Of a DNA stretch of 64,000 bases, positions 1-13,329 are shown in pieces. The stretch lies in assembly GCA_038087875.1 (NCBI GenBank), contig JAXLNO010003642.1, positions 124,001-188,000 of the forward strand, in the 5' to 3' direction. Origin of the DNA: Malacoraja senta (Eukaryota). Under the pieces are notes generated by a model that was not told the DNA's origin, did not search any database, and saw only the letters and a program-made list of their open reading frames with translations. Numbering within the stretch: position 1 is the stretch's first letter; the number at the start of each line of letters is the position of its first letter. Both the position numbers and the translations under genes were made by a program.

Positions 1-1595
1 ATGAGTTTTACCAAGACGTTAGCATGCTATATACTTGTTTTGTCATTGTTAATACTACAGACAGCTATTTACTCTATCATAAGTTCATAAGATCATAAGT
101 GATAGGAACAGAATTAGGCCATTCGTCCCATCTACTTAGCTGTAAGGAGACACACTCTCTACAGTAACTTTCTCACATGACTGAACTTTGAGGATCAGTT
201 TGCACATGGTATGTTTGAGAGCTAGTTCCATTTACTGGGAGACATCACAGCCTAGCCTGAACTAGACTGCATGCTACTCCATAGTTAAGGGCGAGAACAA
301 GGCTTTTTGTCTGTCAGTCTGATATTGATTACAGTTGAATTCAGGAAACCCAATACCAAGCACAGCCTTTCACGAGGAAAAGCAAACAAATTGTGGCATT
401 TACTTCAAGAAATACTCACTCTCCCTATTGGACAATGTTAATGAATTCTGTTTCAAACAATGAGTTCAAACCATGCTAAACAAGTCCAAAACATTCTTAA
501 TGTAAACAAAGGAACTGCAGATGCTGGTTTAAGCCGAAGATAGACACAACATGTTGTAGTAACTCACAGGCACAGGCAGCATCTCTGGATGGAAGGAATG
601 GGTGATGTTTTGGGTTGAGATCCATTGGGGGGAAAAATCCTCCTGGCCTATGTGTAAATCGCATGTCAATGAGAATGGAGATGTTGACTGTGAAATGTGA
701 GTCAGTGGGATTTGGATGGAAATGTGAACTTATAAAATTTAAAAGTAGTCAGTTGGATCTGAACACATCTTGGTCTGAAGTAGGGTCTCGACCCACAATG
801 TCACCCATTCCTTCTCTCTAGAGATGCTGCCTGTGAGTTACTCCAGCATTTTGTGTCTGTCTTCCGTGTAAACTGGCAGTTCCTTCCAGCACATTTGGTA
901 TGTGAATCAGTATTGTGTGACTGGCTAATATTTTGAATGGGGGTGTTCTTCAGAATGGTGTTGGTGGGTGCATTTTTGAATGGGGTATGTGATTCAGAAT
1001 GGTGTGAATGGAGGAATTTTTGAACGGGGCATGTGATTCAAAATGGTGTGAACAGATCAAGCTTATCAATGACAGCTACATTTATGCAATTAATCTATAT
1101 TTATCATATCTAATTTTATAACATAAATATGAACTTCAAATTGAATTAATTACGTTCCACCCTGTTACTTGATCTTTTAGATAGTTGAGAAGATATTGAA
1201 AGAGTGCCTTGTTCACTCAAGACCCCAGGCAATAGTGGACAGTTTATCAGCAAACACTTGGCCCAGTGCCTGAGGTGCTCCAGTCACTAAGTGATGGAAA
1301 TGTATTTGTCATTCCACAAATCTCACATTGTGTAAGAGGTTGGGGCTGGAGTCTCAGCCCAACAGATCAGTCAGAAGAGGTACAGGTACAGAGGCAGGGT
1401 GAATGTGTGCTTTGTAGACTATCAAATACAGAATATTACAGGTCAGGAACTCACCCTTTGGCCCACAATGTACATGCCGAATGTAATGCCAAGATAAACT
1501 GACCTAGTCGAATGCAAACAGAAATTTTACATTCGATGAACTCTTTCACATCATACAACCCATCTCCAATGAAAATTATCTCCTTCCTTCCATGA

Positions 1596-3110
1596 CTTTT
1601 AAACATAGAAACATAAGTGCAGGAGGAGGCCATTCGGCCCTTCGAGCCAGCACCGCCATTCATTATGATCATGGCTGATCATCCCCTATCAATAACCCAT
1701 GCCTGCCTTGTCCCCATATCCCTTGACTCCACTAGCCCCTAGAGCTCTATCTAACTCTCTCTTAAATCCATCCCATGATTTGGCCTCCACTGCCCTCTGT
1801 GGCAGGGAATTCCATAAATTCACAACTCTCTGGGTGAAAAAGATTTTTCTCACCTCAGTCTTAAATGACCTCCCCTTTATTCTAAGACTGTGGCCCCTGG
1901 TTTAGTTATGGAGTCATGGAGTGATACAGTTTTGGAACAGGCCCTTTGGCCCAACTTGTCCACAACGGCCAACATGTCCCAGCTACACTAGCCCCATCTG
2001 CCTGCCTTTGGTCCATATCCCTCCAAACCTGTCATATTAATGTACCTGTCTAACTGTTTCTTAAACGAGGGGATAGTCCCAGCCTCAATTACCTCCTCTG
2101 GGAGCTTGTTCCATACACCCACCACACTTTGTGTGAAAAAGTTACCCTTCGGACTCCTATTAAATCTTTTCCCATTGACCTTGAAACGATGTCATCTGGT
2201 CCTCGATTCCCCTACTCTGGGCAAAAGACTCAGTGCATCTACCCGAACTATTCCTCTCATGGTTTTGTATACCTCTTACAAGATCACCCCTCATCCTCCT
2301 GCGCTCCAAGGAATAGAGACCCAGCCTACTCAACCTCTCCCTATAACTCACACCCTCTAGTCCTGGCAACATCCTTGTAAATATTTTCTGACCAGTTTCA
2401 ACCTTCACAATATATTTCCTATAACATGGTGCCCTGAACTGAAACAATATTCTAAATGCGGTCTCACCAACGTCTTATACGACTGCAACATGACCTCCCA
2501 ACTTCTGTACTCATTATTCTGACTGATGAAGGACAATGTGCCAAAAGCCTTTTTGACCACCTTATCTACCTGTGACTCGACATTTAAGGAACCTTGCACT
2601 TGTACTCCTAGATCCCTCTCCTCTCAACACTCCCCAGAGACCGACCATTTACTGTGTTAGACGTCCCAAAAAGCAACACCTCACACTTCTCTGTATTAAA
2701 TTCCATCAACCATTCCTCGGCCCACTGGCCAATCGATCCAGATCCTGCTGCAATCGTTCACAACCATTGTCTGCCTGCAATCATTCACAACCATCTTCAC
2801 TATCTGCAAAACCACTCACTTGCGTATCATCAGCAAACTCGCTAATCTTGGATAATTATATCATCCAAATCAATTATGTAGATGACAAACAGTAACGGGC
2901 CCAGCACCGAACCCTGAGTCACACCACTAGTCACACGCCTCCAATCAGTGAAGCAACCTTCCACCATCATCCTCTGCTTCCTTCCATGGAGCCATTTGCT
3001 ATCCATTCAGCTATCTCTCCTTGGATCTCATGTGATCAAATCTTCCAGAGCAGCCTACCATGCGGAGCCTTTTCGAATACCTTTCTGAAATCCATGTACA
3101 AAACATCTAC
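1596..3110 (-). mobile_element. CR1 LINE 3' fragments (with a SINE-tail insertion at about 1900-2030)
   Basis: CR1 tail at about 1600; RPHLEYC and RERLSRLGLYSLERRRMRGDL motifs. Confidence 0.8.
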
Positions 3111-3317
3111 AGCTCTTTAGAGCTTCCACAGCTTGAGTTGTGCAAAGTCATGGAGAACACATCTCCGGTCAGTCAGCTAATTTCCATTGTGTTCAGTGTG
3201 TTGGACTGAGGGAGAAAAATGGGATTAAAGGATGAGATTCGTTCTCCAGTTGCTGTGATACATTGTAAATGGATCGATTGTAATGTGTATGAAGGAACTG
3301 CAGATACTGGTTTAAAC

Positions 3318-3477
3318 TGAAGATAGACATACAAAAGCTGGAGTAACTCAGCGGGGCAGGCAGCATCTCTGGAGAGAAGAATTGAAGAAGGGTCTCAACC
3401 CGAAACGTCACCCATTCCTTCTCTCCAGAGATGCTGCCTGTCCTGCTGAGTTACTCCAGCTTTTTGTGTCTATCTTC
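3318..3477. repeat. Inverted pair of PLE terminal repeats (near-perfect hairpin)
   Basis: The arm at 3318-3379 is the reverse complement of 3418-3477. Similar pairs occur at about 490-890, 17476-17685, 17960-18215, 21705-22130, 29815-30250, 38060-38375, 39225-39510, 41160-41340 and 46955-47145. Confidence 0.9.
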
Positions 3478-4994
3478 AGATCTTCAGATCGATTACAATC
3501 ATGTATTGACTTTCTGCTGACTGGTTAGCACACAACAAAAGCTTTTCACTGTAAACAGCTTTCACTGTTTCACAATAAACTAAACTGAACTGAGACTATT
3601 AATACTTCATACCTGTGCATAAACCTGGGCAAATGAATTTTAAAATAATTCTTGACTATAACCTGCTTATGTATTCAAGTGACAGTGGTTCAATGGTACT
3701 TTATTGTCGCATATACCTGGGTTCAGTGAAATTCCTTTTTGCATACAGTTCTGTCAAACATTTACAATCCACAAGGACAATCATACTTTAGTACAAGACT
3801 ACAGGAAATATAGATTACATTGAGACAATACACAAGAGTTACCACATTTCCACTAACATTTTGCATAAATCAAAACTCCAAAGTTGTAAACAATGTAGAG
3901 ATTTAACTTGACCTTATAACCTATTGCTTTGGTGGCAGCACTGGTTTGGAGCTGCAGGGTTTAGCCCACATTATTTGGTATTAGTGTAAAGTTCACAATA
4001 TCAGGATTAATCTTGCATGGAACAGACACTGGTCCACGGCCCTAACTTGAATCTGACTTTATGAAATAATTGAGCATTGTACACTTGACCTGACATTCCT
4101 TATCAAGATTACTAGAAGCGACAACCTGCCCAGCCAATGTTACCTCAAAGTGACTATGAGTGTGATGAACATGGATTGACTTGGAACGTTTCCTGAAAGA
4201 TCAGCACACATTGAAATGATAACGCAATCAACTGTTATTCAATGCATAGATTACTTTGCCCAGAGTAGGGGAATCGAGGACCAGAGGACATAGGTTCAAG
4301 GTGAAGGCGAAAAGATTCAATAGGTATCCGAGGGGTACACAAAGGGTGGTGGGTTTATGGAACAAGCTGCCATAGGAGGGAGTTGAGGCTGGGACTATGC
4401 TATTGTTTAAGAAACAGTTGGACGTACATGGATAGGACAGGTTTGGGGGGGATATGGACCAATCGCAGGCAAGTGGGACCGGTGTAGCTGGGACATTGGT
4501 GGCCGGTGTGGGCGAGTTGGGTCGAAGGACCTGTTTCCAAACTGTATCACTCTATGACTCTATGATATTATTACTAAAATTAATTAACGACAATCAAGTA
4601 GATTGTTTGAAGCTGTTCCCATTCCTTATGCAGATACCAAGTAACCCAATCAAGGTAAATCAATGTTAGGTGCCTGGAAAATGTAGAGTACTCAGTAATC
4701 AAGATCTGGGACTTTAGTGACCTTCCTTCCTTCCTTCCATTATAAAGTCAAAAGTGATTGTCTGTTGTTGATTGCACAATGCTCAATTTCATTTCCTCGT
4801 TTAGTCACTGCACCACAAGCTTTAACCAGCGACAAAACACACTGCAGATACGTGTCATCTAGCCCATCAGAACATTCCAAACTCAACATCTCAAGCACAA
4901 GAACAACAAGGTCAGCAGATGTGTGAGAACCTGACCTGGGATCCATCCTGACTTAGAATTGAATCACCATTTGTTCATAATTGAGTTTGGTTTA

Positions 4995-5590
4995 GAGATA
5001 TGTCATGCCGGCAGTTCGAAATAAACAGGTCGGGAGAGGGTAGAAGGCCGGCACAGGGGGTCGTAGAGGAGGGGGAATGTTGGATACGGAGGACGGTGTT
5101 TTCATTGGGAGGTGAGGACTCCTTCCCGTAGAAAAAGGCTCGGAAGCGGAGGCAACTGAAGAAGAGCTCTACATCATGGTAAGCCCTGAACTCGTTGAAG
5201 TGGGGGTGTAGGGATACAATGGTAAGGCCTCTGTTGAAGACTGACTGTTCTGTATCAGAAGGAAGTCGCAGGGGGGGGGGGAAGGATCCCAGACAGCTCT
5301 ACCATACATTGTAGGGGCCAATGGCCGAAAGCTGGGACTGCAAACCATGTGAGTTGATGTCTTTGGCCGGCTGGTGGCCGGTGACGAGGCGAGGATCGGC
5401 GGAGTCAAAGGGCCCACGACGGGCTAGAGTACAGGTGAAGGTTGGAGGCAAACATGGCCTGGAAGCTTTGTGGGCCGATGGTGGCATCGGCAACAGTGTC
5501 AGTAGGTCAGGCCTGGAAGCTCCATTAACCATTCTTCAGCCCACTTGTCTCACTGATCAAGATCCAGCTGTAATTTTTGATAACTATGTT
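4995..5590 (-). mobile_element. PLE ORF N-terminal fragment
   Basis: Frameshifted remnant reading ...LSDTEQSV.NRGL...HPHFNEFRAYHDVELFF..LRFRAFF..., similar to the PLE N-terminal region. Confidence 0.6.
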
Positions 5591-5594
5591 CACT

Positions 5595-6295
5595 GTTTAT
5601 GATACCAACTATGTCAATGTCATCTGCAAAGTTTCTAATCATGCTGCACATTTTCATCTAAGTTGCTCATATAAACCATCAGCAATGGGCCCAGCACTGA
5701 ACCCTGAGGGACACCTCTAGTCACAGGCCTCCTGTGTGAAAAGCACTTCCACTATCACCCTATGCTTCCTTCCATGAACCTAATTCATTGGTTAGGCAGC
5801 TAGTTCTCCCTGAATGCCATGAGCTCTAATCATTAAGGGCAGCCTACCATGCAGAAACTTATCAAAGGCCTTGCTGAAGACCATATGCACAATGTCTATG
5901 ACCTTATCATCATCAACCTTCTTGGTTACTTTTTCCAAAAACTACCAGATTGGTGAGGCATGATCTCCCACGTCCAAAACCACGCTGACCAGCCCCCGTC
6001 TCTCCAAATGCATATTTATCTTCTCTCTCTGAATCTTCTCCAGTAACTTACCTACCGCAGATTGTAGGCCCACTGATTTATAGTTTCTAGGTTTTGCCCT
6101 GTAGTCCTTCTTAAATAGATGCACAACAATTGCCAACCTCCAGTTATCCGGCACCTCACCCATGTCTAACAATGATTCATATCTCTCAATCAGGGCGCTT
6201 GCAATTTCTTCTCTAGCTCCCCACATTGTCCTCTGATATATGTGATCAGGTCTGGGTGAATTATCTACTTTCATATGTCTTAGGATTTCCAGCAC
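5595..6295 (-). mobile_element. CR1 RT fragment, degenerate
   Basis: DNSPRPDHIY...GEVPDNWRLAIVVHLFKK...VGKLLEKI. Confidence 0.75.
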
Positions 6296-6652
6296 ATCAT
6301 GTAGAAGGTACAGGAGCCTTAAAACTGTAACGCCAGGTTCAGGAATAACTTCTACCCTACAGCCTTTAGGCTATTAAACACTACAGCCTTAAACAAGCTC
6401 TTAACTACATAGACTATTATTGTTATTGTTGCACCATTATTGTTTGTTTTTTGTGTGTACATACGAGTGAGTGTGTGTGTATATATATATATATGAATAT
6501 GATCTGTATATATGTGTATTTGTGAGTATGTGTATATATATACACACCCAGATATTTTTATTTCTTGTTTCTTATATTGTTTACAGTGTACTATGTTTAC
6601 ATATTCTGTTGTGCTTGCTGCAAGTAAGAATGTCATTGTTCTATCTAGGACA

Positions 6653-7179
6653 TTTCTATATAACTAAAAGTCTTTGGCTTGTTTGTGCCCACGGTGTGTC
6701 TCTGTGTGTGTCAATCTGGTTAATTCCTATCTTCTTCCTAATGCTAGGCCACAGCTTTCTCATTTTCACACGTCGTACTCACATTTTTCCCGTGGTGGCG
6801 ATAAGCATCTTCCCGTCACATTTCCAACTATATTTCCGAAGTTATTAATCGTTAAATTTTTTTAAACAGTCTGATTTCTTCAAACTCTTCCATTTTGGAA
6901 ACAAAATCCGAGTGACTTCACAATGCACTCGCAAGGTAGGACAGGGCCACTCCAGGAGGGATGGGCACTCCAGTGCTCCAACCCTCCCTCCCCCCTCCCC
7001 ACCCCCCTCCAGTGCACCAATCACGATGGGCTCTCAAGCTGCCGAGTGCCACACCCCCTGCCCCCTCCCCCTCATCATGATTAAAGTTTTTTTTAAAGCC
7101 AAACGGGTTGCGTTGGGGGAACGGATGAGTGCTGGAATATTTCGTTGGGGGGAGCAGACCCGGTCTGCACTTGGTCTAG
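6653..7179 (+). mobile_element. Non-autonomous Helitron-like element
   Basis: Inserted at A|T of an L2-type tail (ggaca|tatgacaataaa) with no TSD; 5' (TT)TCTATATAAC; 3' hairpin GCAGACC-C-GGTCTGC (7154-68) followed by CTAG. Confidence 0.75.
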
Positions 7180-8387
7180 TATGACAATAAAACAATATTG
7201 ACTCTTGAATGTATATAAAGTATCTTTGGATTCTTTGCCAGAGTTGACACCAAAATTGATAAGTATATTAGGTAATGATAATTGTTGTCTAAGATTACAA
7301 AATAATGTTGATCAACCGGAAAGGTATGGAGGTGAGGGGATGGGAGTTGAGGGGGTGTGGGGAAGGAATGCCAGTTGAAATCTAACTCAAACAAGTGTGA
7401 TTTGATGCCTTTTGGGAAGTCAAATCAGGGCTGGCCAAATCTATTGCAGGATTGTAAATGGAGCTGTACCTTGGTGTACAATTACATAGTTCCCTGAGAA
7501 TGGCATCATAGTTTGATCGGGTAGTGAAGGGAATATATGTCTGAAGAATCGCCTCGACCCAAAACGTCACCCATTCCTTCTCTCCAGAAATATTGCCGCT
7601 GAGTCTCTCTAGCTTTTTGTGTCTATCTTCGGTTTAAATTAGCATCTGCTGTTCATCCCTACACAGAGTATATGTTATGCCTTGTTTCCTCAGCCATGGT
7701 ACTGAGGACTAGGGTTGGGGTGTCGTGTTACAGTTGTACAGAATGTTGAACAGGCAACCATTAATCTGTCCAGGGGCTCAGCTGATTTGTTGCACAATAG
7801 ACTCTAATCCAAGGTCTGAACTCTGAAAAGAAAATCAAGAAATTCAAGTTGCCACTCATCCAGGGACTGAATAACAAAACACATCTTTGTTTTGCTTATC
7901 TGGCTTGAGAACTCTTAACATTGATCTATTTTCCTTCATAGTGTACTCCCTTTATAAAATGGCCATCCCCAGACATCTATCCTGTGTCCACACTGTTTTC
8001 CAAGGGCACCTCACCTATTTTCAGCTCTGCTCTTAACAAGGATCAATCACATTATCCCTCTCTATCTCCCTATATCTCTCTATATCTCTCTCCATCTATT
8101 TATCTCTCCATCTCTCATCCCTCAGCTCTATCTCTCTTTCCTTCATCTCTTTCATTTCTGCAAATTGAAATAATTAATCAGTCTGAGAGCACTGTGTGTG
8201 ACTGAATGACATCAGAGCATCAGTCCCTGAGGCATACCACTGGTCACAGGCTTCCTATGTAAAAAAAACCAACCCTGCACTGCCATTCTCTGACTCCTGC
8301 CACCAAGCCAACTTTGTGTCCAATTGACTAGCTCACCCTGTTTTCCAACCTAATGGACCAGCCACCCATGTGGGGCCTTGCTGAAGG

Positions 8388-8698
8388 ATGGCATGGTGGC
8401 ATAGTCGTAAGGCTACTGCTTTACAGTGCCAGAGACCTGGGTTCAATCCTGACTACAAGTGCTTTTCTAAATGGAGTTTGTACGTTCTCCCCGTGACCTG
8501 CGTAGGTTTTCTCCAAGATCTTCGGTTTCCTCCCACACTTCAAAGACGTACAGGTTTGTACGTTAATTGGCTTGGTATAAAAGGTAAAATTACCCCTAGT
8601 GTGTGTAGGGTAGCGTTAAAATGCGGGGATCGCTGGTCGGTGCAGGCCCGGTGGGCTGTAGGGTCTGTTTCCTCACTGTATCTCTAAACTAAACTAAA
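8388..8698 (+). mobile_element. HE1-like tRNA-derived SINE
   Basis: tRNA-like head (A/B boxes), central ggtttcctcccac core, tail tctctaaactaaactaa. Confidence 0.85.
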
Positions 8699-8939
8699 CA
8701 TAGACAACATCTGTCATCCAATCACACACTGGGCAATTTACAAAATACAATTAACCAACCAACTCGCATGTCTTTGAGATATAGGAGGAACGGAGCATTT
8801 GGTGGAGATCCACGTGTCATAGGGAGAACAAGAAAATGATACGTTGTACCCGAGATCAGGATTGAATCCAAGTTGCTGTAGCAGAGGGGCACCAATTCTG
8901 CCAGTTGTCTCAATGTACTGCCTTTTAAAAAGAAAATTG

Positions 8940-9257
8940 AAAGCCTATCCCACTGTACGAGGTAATTCAAGAGCTCTCCCCAGTTTAAAAAAAAATTAAA
9001 CTCGTGGTAAGCACGTAGAATGTATGTAGCGGGTACGTCGGAGCTCGGGACGTCTCCTAGCGGCTCGTAACGCTAACGGCAGGTACTCGGGAAACGCGGT
9101 AAGCTCGTGAAGACTCGTGAAGATTTTTCAACATGTTGAAAAAAGTCCACGAGAGCCCCAAGTACCTACGACCGGCAATTACCGTAATTCTCCGAGTTCA
9201 AATCAGGGGAAACTCGGGAGAACTCTTGAATTCGCTCGTACAGTGGGACAGGGCCTT
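8940..9257. mobile_element. Harbinger-type MITE
   Basis: About 45-bp imperfect TIRs (..cct(a/g)tcccactgtacgag..aattcaagag..); no ORF. Confidence 0.75.
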
Positions 9258-9301
9258 TAAGCTGTGTCTGCGTTGTCCATGCACACACTCTCAGGGCAGA
9301 A

Positions 9302-9606
9302 TTAGTTTAGTTTAGTTTAGAGATACAGCCTGGAAACAGGCCTTTCGGCCTACCAAGTTTGCGAAGACCAATGATCCCTTTACATTGGCACTATCCTACA
9401 CACACTAGGTACAAATTACAATTTACAAACCAATTAACCTACAAACCTGTACGTCTTTGGAGTGTGGGAGGAAACTGGAGCACCCGGAGAAAACCCATGC
9501 GTTCACCCAACATACAAACTCCGTGCAGACCGCACCCATAGTCAGGATCGAACCCTGGTGTCTGTTGCTATAAGGCAGCAACTCTACCGCTGCGCCACCC
9601 TGCCGC
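9302..9606 (-). mobile_element. HE1-like SINE
   Basis: Reverse-complement copy of the same family. Confidence 0.85.
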
Positions 9607-10018
9607 CCCTAAGTATAGATATAGGGAAAGATACAGCAGCCTGAAAACCGTGACAACCAGATTCAAGAATAGCCTCTTCTCAGCAATCATCAGGCTCTTC
9701 AACACCGCACAAAACTAACTTCAGCATCTATGATCATCTACGGACTGTCTTTGAATGTAATATGAATTTAGTTTTTTGCACTATTATGATAGTCCAGTAT
9801 TACAGTTATTAATTTATTGTTTTATTGGTTGTTTTATATTATCTCTGTGTTATTGCAGTTACATGCAGGTGAAGCTGCAGCAAGTCAGAATTTTGTTGTT
9901 CTATTGTTGATACATATGACAATTAAACGACTCTTACCTCACATTTGATCTTGGGTAAAGCTCACTCCATATTACCCCCACCATACACTCAGGAAAAGTA
10001 CAAGGAACAAGTACATGT

Positions 10019-11011
10019 TTAAGAAAGAACTGCAGATGCTGGAAAAATCCAAGGTAGACAAAAATGCTGGAGAAACTCAGCGGTGAGGCAGCATCTATGG
10101 AGCAAAGGAATAGGTGATGTTTTGGGTCGAGACCCTTCTTCAGACTGATATGGGGGTGGGGGGGCGGGAAGAAGAAAGGAAGAGGTGGAGATAGTAGGCT
10201 GTGGGAGAGCTTCGAAGGGGAGGGGAAGGAGGGAGAAAGCAAAGACTACCTGAAAATGGAGGTCAATGTTCATACCGCTGGGGTGTAAACTACCCAAGCG
10301 AAAAATGATATGCTGCTCCTCCAATTGCGGAGGGTCTTACTCTGGCCGTGGAGGAGACCCAGGACAGAAAGGTCCGATTCTGAATGGGAGGGGGAGTTGA
10401 AGTGCTGAGCCACCGGGAGATCAGGTTGGTTAATGCGGACTGAGCGGAGGTGTTGGGCGAAGCGATCGCCAAGCCTGCGCTTGGTCTCACCGATGTAGAG
10501 CAGTTGGAGGAGGGGCAGGTGAACCTCTGCCTCACTTGGAAAGACTGCTTAGGCCCTTGGATGGAGTCAAGGGGGGAGATAAAGCGACGAGTGTAGCATT
10601 TCCTGCGGTTGCAAGGGAAAGTGCCAGGGGAGGGGAAGGTTAGAGAATGGGGCTTCTTCTCTTCGACTATAGATGAGGCTCTCACCAGGGTCTCTTCTAT
10701 ATCTCATTGCTCCGCTCTCATTCCCCATCCCCCCACTCGTGACAAGTCCCCCTTGTCCTCACATTCCACCCTACCAGCCGTCACATACAACAGATAATCC
10801 TCCAACATATTCGCCACCTCCAACGGGATCCCATCACTGGCCACATCTTCTCATCTTTCAGCTTTCTGCAGAGACTGCTCCCTCTGTAACTCCCTGGTCA
10901 ATTTGTCCCTTCCCACCCAAGCCACCCCCTCCCCTGGTACTTTCCCTTGCCACCGCAGGAAATGCTACACTTGTCGCTTTACCTCCCCCCTTAACTCCAT
11001 CCAAGGACCTA
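10019..11011. mobile_element. PLE 3' fragment (-, 10019-10640) joined to an inverted upstream PLE segment (+, 10641-11011)
   Basis: GIY-YIG region and tail on the - strand; GFFSSTIDEALTRVSS...PGTFPC...SIQGP on the + strand; an 86-nt overlap is present as an inverted repeat. Confidence 0.85.
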
Positions 11012-11834
11012 GGCATGCCATGCTATCCAAACAGATTAGATATACCATACACAGATATAATCAATTAAAAGGGGAATAATATCATGCAGCATAACGATCT
11101 CAGCATTGTAGCGCATCAGTTCCAGTGAGAAAGACCAATGATCTCGGTGGATAGACGTAAATCATACTTACCATAACCTACAGAAAAACTGTTCAGAAGC
11201 CAGATAACAGAGGGGAAGGAGCTGTCGCTGAGGCTGGTGGTACGTGCCCTTCAATCTTCTGCACCTTCTGCCAGACGGGAGCCAAACCTATCCATGCCTT
11301 TCATAATTTTACATACTTCTATCAGGGCTCCCCTCAACTAATTGGAGCAGGAAACCAATGTAGGAACTCAGTTTTGGCAATGATACAAAAATAGATGAAA
11401 TGGCACGGTTTAATGAGGAAAGTATGATTTTACAACAGGATATAGATAGCTTGAGTGATTAGTCAAAACCTGGCTAATGTGTTTAATGTGGGAAACTGTG
11501 AGGTCATGCTGAAGATAGACACAAAATGCTGGAGTAACTCAGCAGGACAGGCAGCATCTCTAGATAGAAGGAATGGGTGACGTTTCAGGTCGAGACCCAT
11601 TTTCAGACTGCAGAACTCTCGTTGGAGAGAGGAGGAGAACTTCTTCAAAGTAGGCATACCTTGAGGAGATTTCTCAGTGGAGAAGCCAAATTGTGTAGGA
11701 AGGAACTGCAAATGCTGCCTCACACTGAAGATAGACACAAAATGCTGGAGTAACTTAGCAGGACAAGCAGCATCTCTAGGTAGAATTGGTGATGTTTCGA
11801 GTCATGCTCTTTGGCATGAGGAATCAAGTCAGCT

Positions 11835-12590
11835 TGCCCCAATCAGTATCAATGGTGCCAAAGTAGAAATGATTGAGAGCTTCAAATTCTTTGGTGTAAA
11901 TATTACCAACGAACCTTGATGGACCAACCACATTGAAGGGACAGCCAAGAAGGCACACCAATGCCTCCATTTCCTCAGACGACTGAGGAAATTTGGTATG
12001 TGTCCAATGACTCTTACCAACTTCCATAGATGCACCATAGAAAGCATACTATCAGATTATATCACAGCTTGTTTTCAGAATAGCTTTGCCCAAGACCACA
12101 AGATATTGCAGAGAGGTGTGGATGTAGCACAGTCCATCACACAGACCAGACTGCCCATCATTGTCTCCATTTACACTTCCTGCCTCTTCAGGAAGACAGC
12201 CAACATAGTCAAAGACCTTTCTCACACTAGTGATTCCTTTTTTCTCCACTTCCATCAGGCAGAAGATGCAGAGCTTAAAGGTGTAGAGCACCAGACACAG
12301 GAACAGCTTCTTCTCCTCGGTTATCAGGCTTTTGAATGTTCCATGTGCTAGGACCCATTCCCAATTCTCCTTTACCTCAATATGGCCATTGGATTTTGTC
12401 TCTGGAACTGTTGTACAATAATGTTGAGAGCTATATTCTTCACCCTGTATCTTATCCTTCAGTCTGCCTATTGTACTTGCGTTTGGCTTGATAGTATTTA
12501 TGTATACAACAGCAAACACAATGCTTTTCACCGTACCTTGGTACACATCACAATACCAAACCTAAAGCTAAATCTTAAATGGTGGATTAT
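11835..12590 (+). mobile_element. Rex1/Babar-like (L2 group) LINE 3' fragment
   Basis: ISINGAKVEMIESFKFFGVNIT...KAHQCLHFLRRLRKFG...TLTNFHRCTIESIL; tail ttttcaccgtaccttggtacacatcacaata. Confidence 0.8.
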
Positions 12591-13329
12591 TGTCTAAATG
12601 GAGAGAGACTGTAACTGAGTGAAGTTCAGATGGGATCTTGGTATTCAAGTGCATGCATCAAATTAAGTTAGTAGCAGGCCCAGTAACCAATGGAAAAAAT
12701 GCAGTCTTTACTGCAAAGGAGATGGAATTTAAGAACAGGGAAGTTATATTGGAATTATGCAGGATGATAGTGAGTCAATAACTGGAAAACCGCACACAGT
12801 TTAACATTAAAAAGGGTATAGGAGCATTGGATGCAGACCAGGTGAAATTCACCAAACTAAGTCAAGAGATGAAAAGGTTGTCCCATCAAGAGCGGTAAAC
12901 ACTTTAGGTCTGCATTCCTTGGAGTGTAGAAAGTGATGAGTGACCTTATTCACACATGCAATATCTTAAGGGGCTTTTCATGATAGATGTTGATATGTTT
13001 CACTGGTGGGAAAGTCTAAAAACAATGGGAAACAACTACAGAATAAGGGACCAGTTGTTTAAAACGGAGGTACATAAAAATTACTTCTTTCAGAAGGGTG
13101 TGAATCGCTGGAATTCTGTGCCCAGAGGTGGTGGTGGCTAAGGCATTAGATATGCTTATGAACAGATAGAGAAAGCTTTGAAAGATTCAGGCAATTGAGG
13201 GTTTTGGGGTAATGGAACAGAGGAGGAGTAGTCCACTCCTGCTATTCTTACTTGTGTTGTTGACGATTACCCTCATGAATAAAGTTAGACATGCAACCAA
13301 CATTTCAATGAGAGGGGCCTCAGAGTGAC

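Noticed and set aside
1-90. Hydrophobic 29-codon ORF resembling a signal peptide
   Set aside because: Ends in a stop inside a CR1 tail remnant with no splice donor; likely chance in T-rich DNA.
1181-1273. Possible exon after a good acceptor (IVEKILKECLVHSRPQ...)
   Set aside because: Stops after 30 codons, no recognisable family, and no partner exons.
8388-8460. tRNA genes at SINE heads
   Set aside because: A/B boxes run into the SINE core and tail, with no acceptor stem or Pol III terminator.
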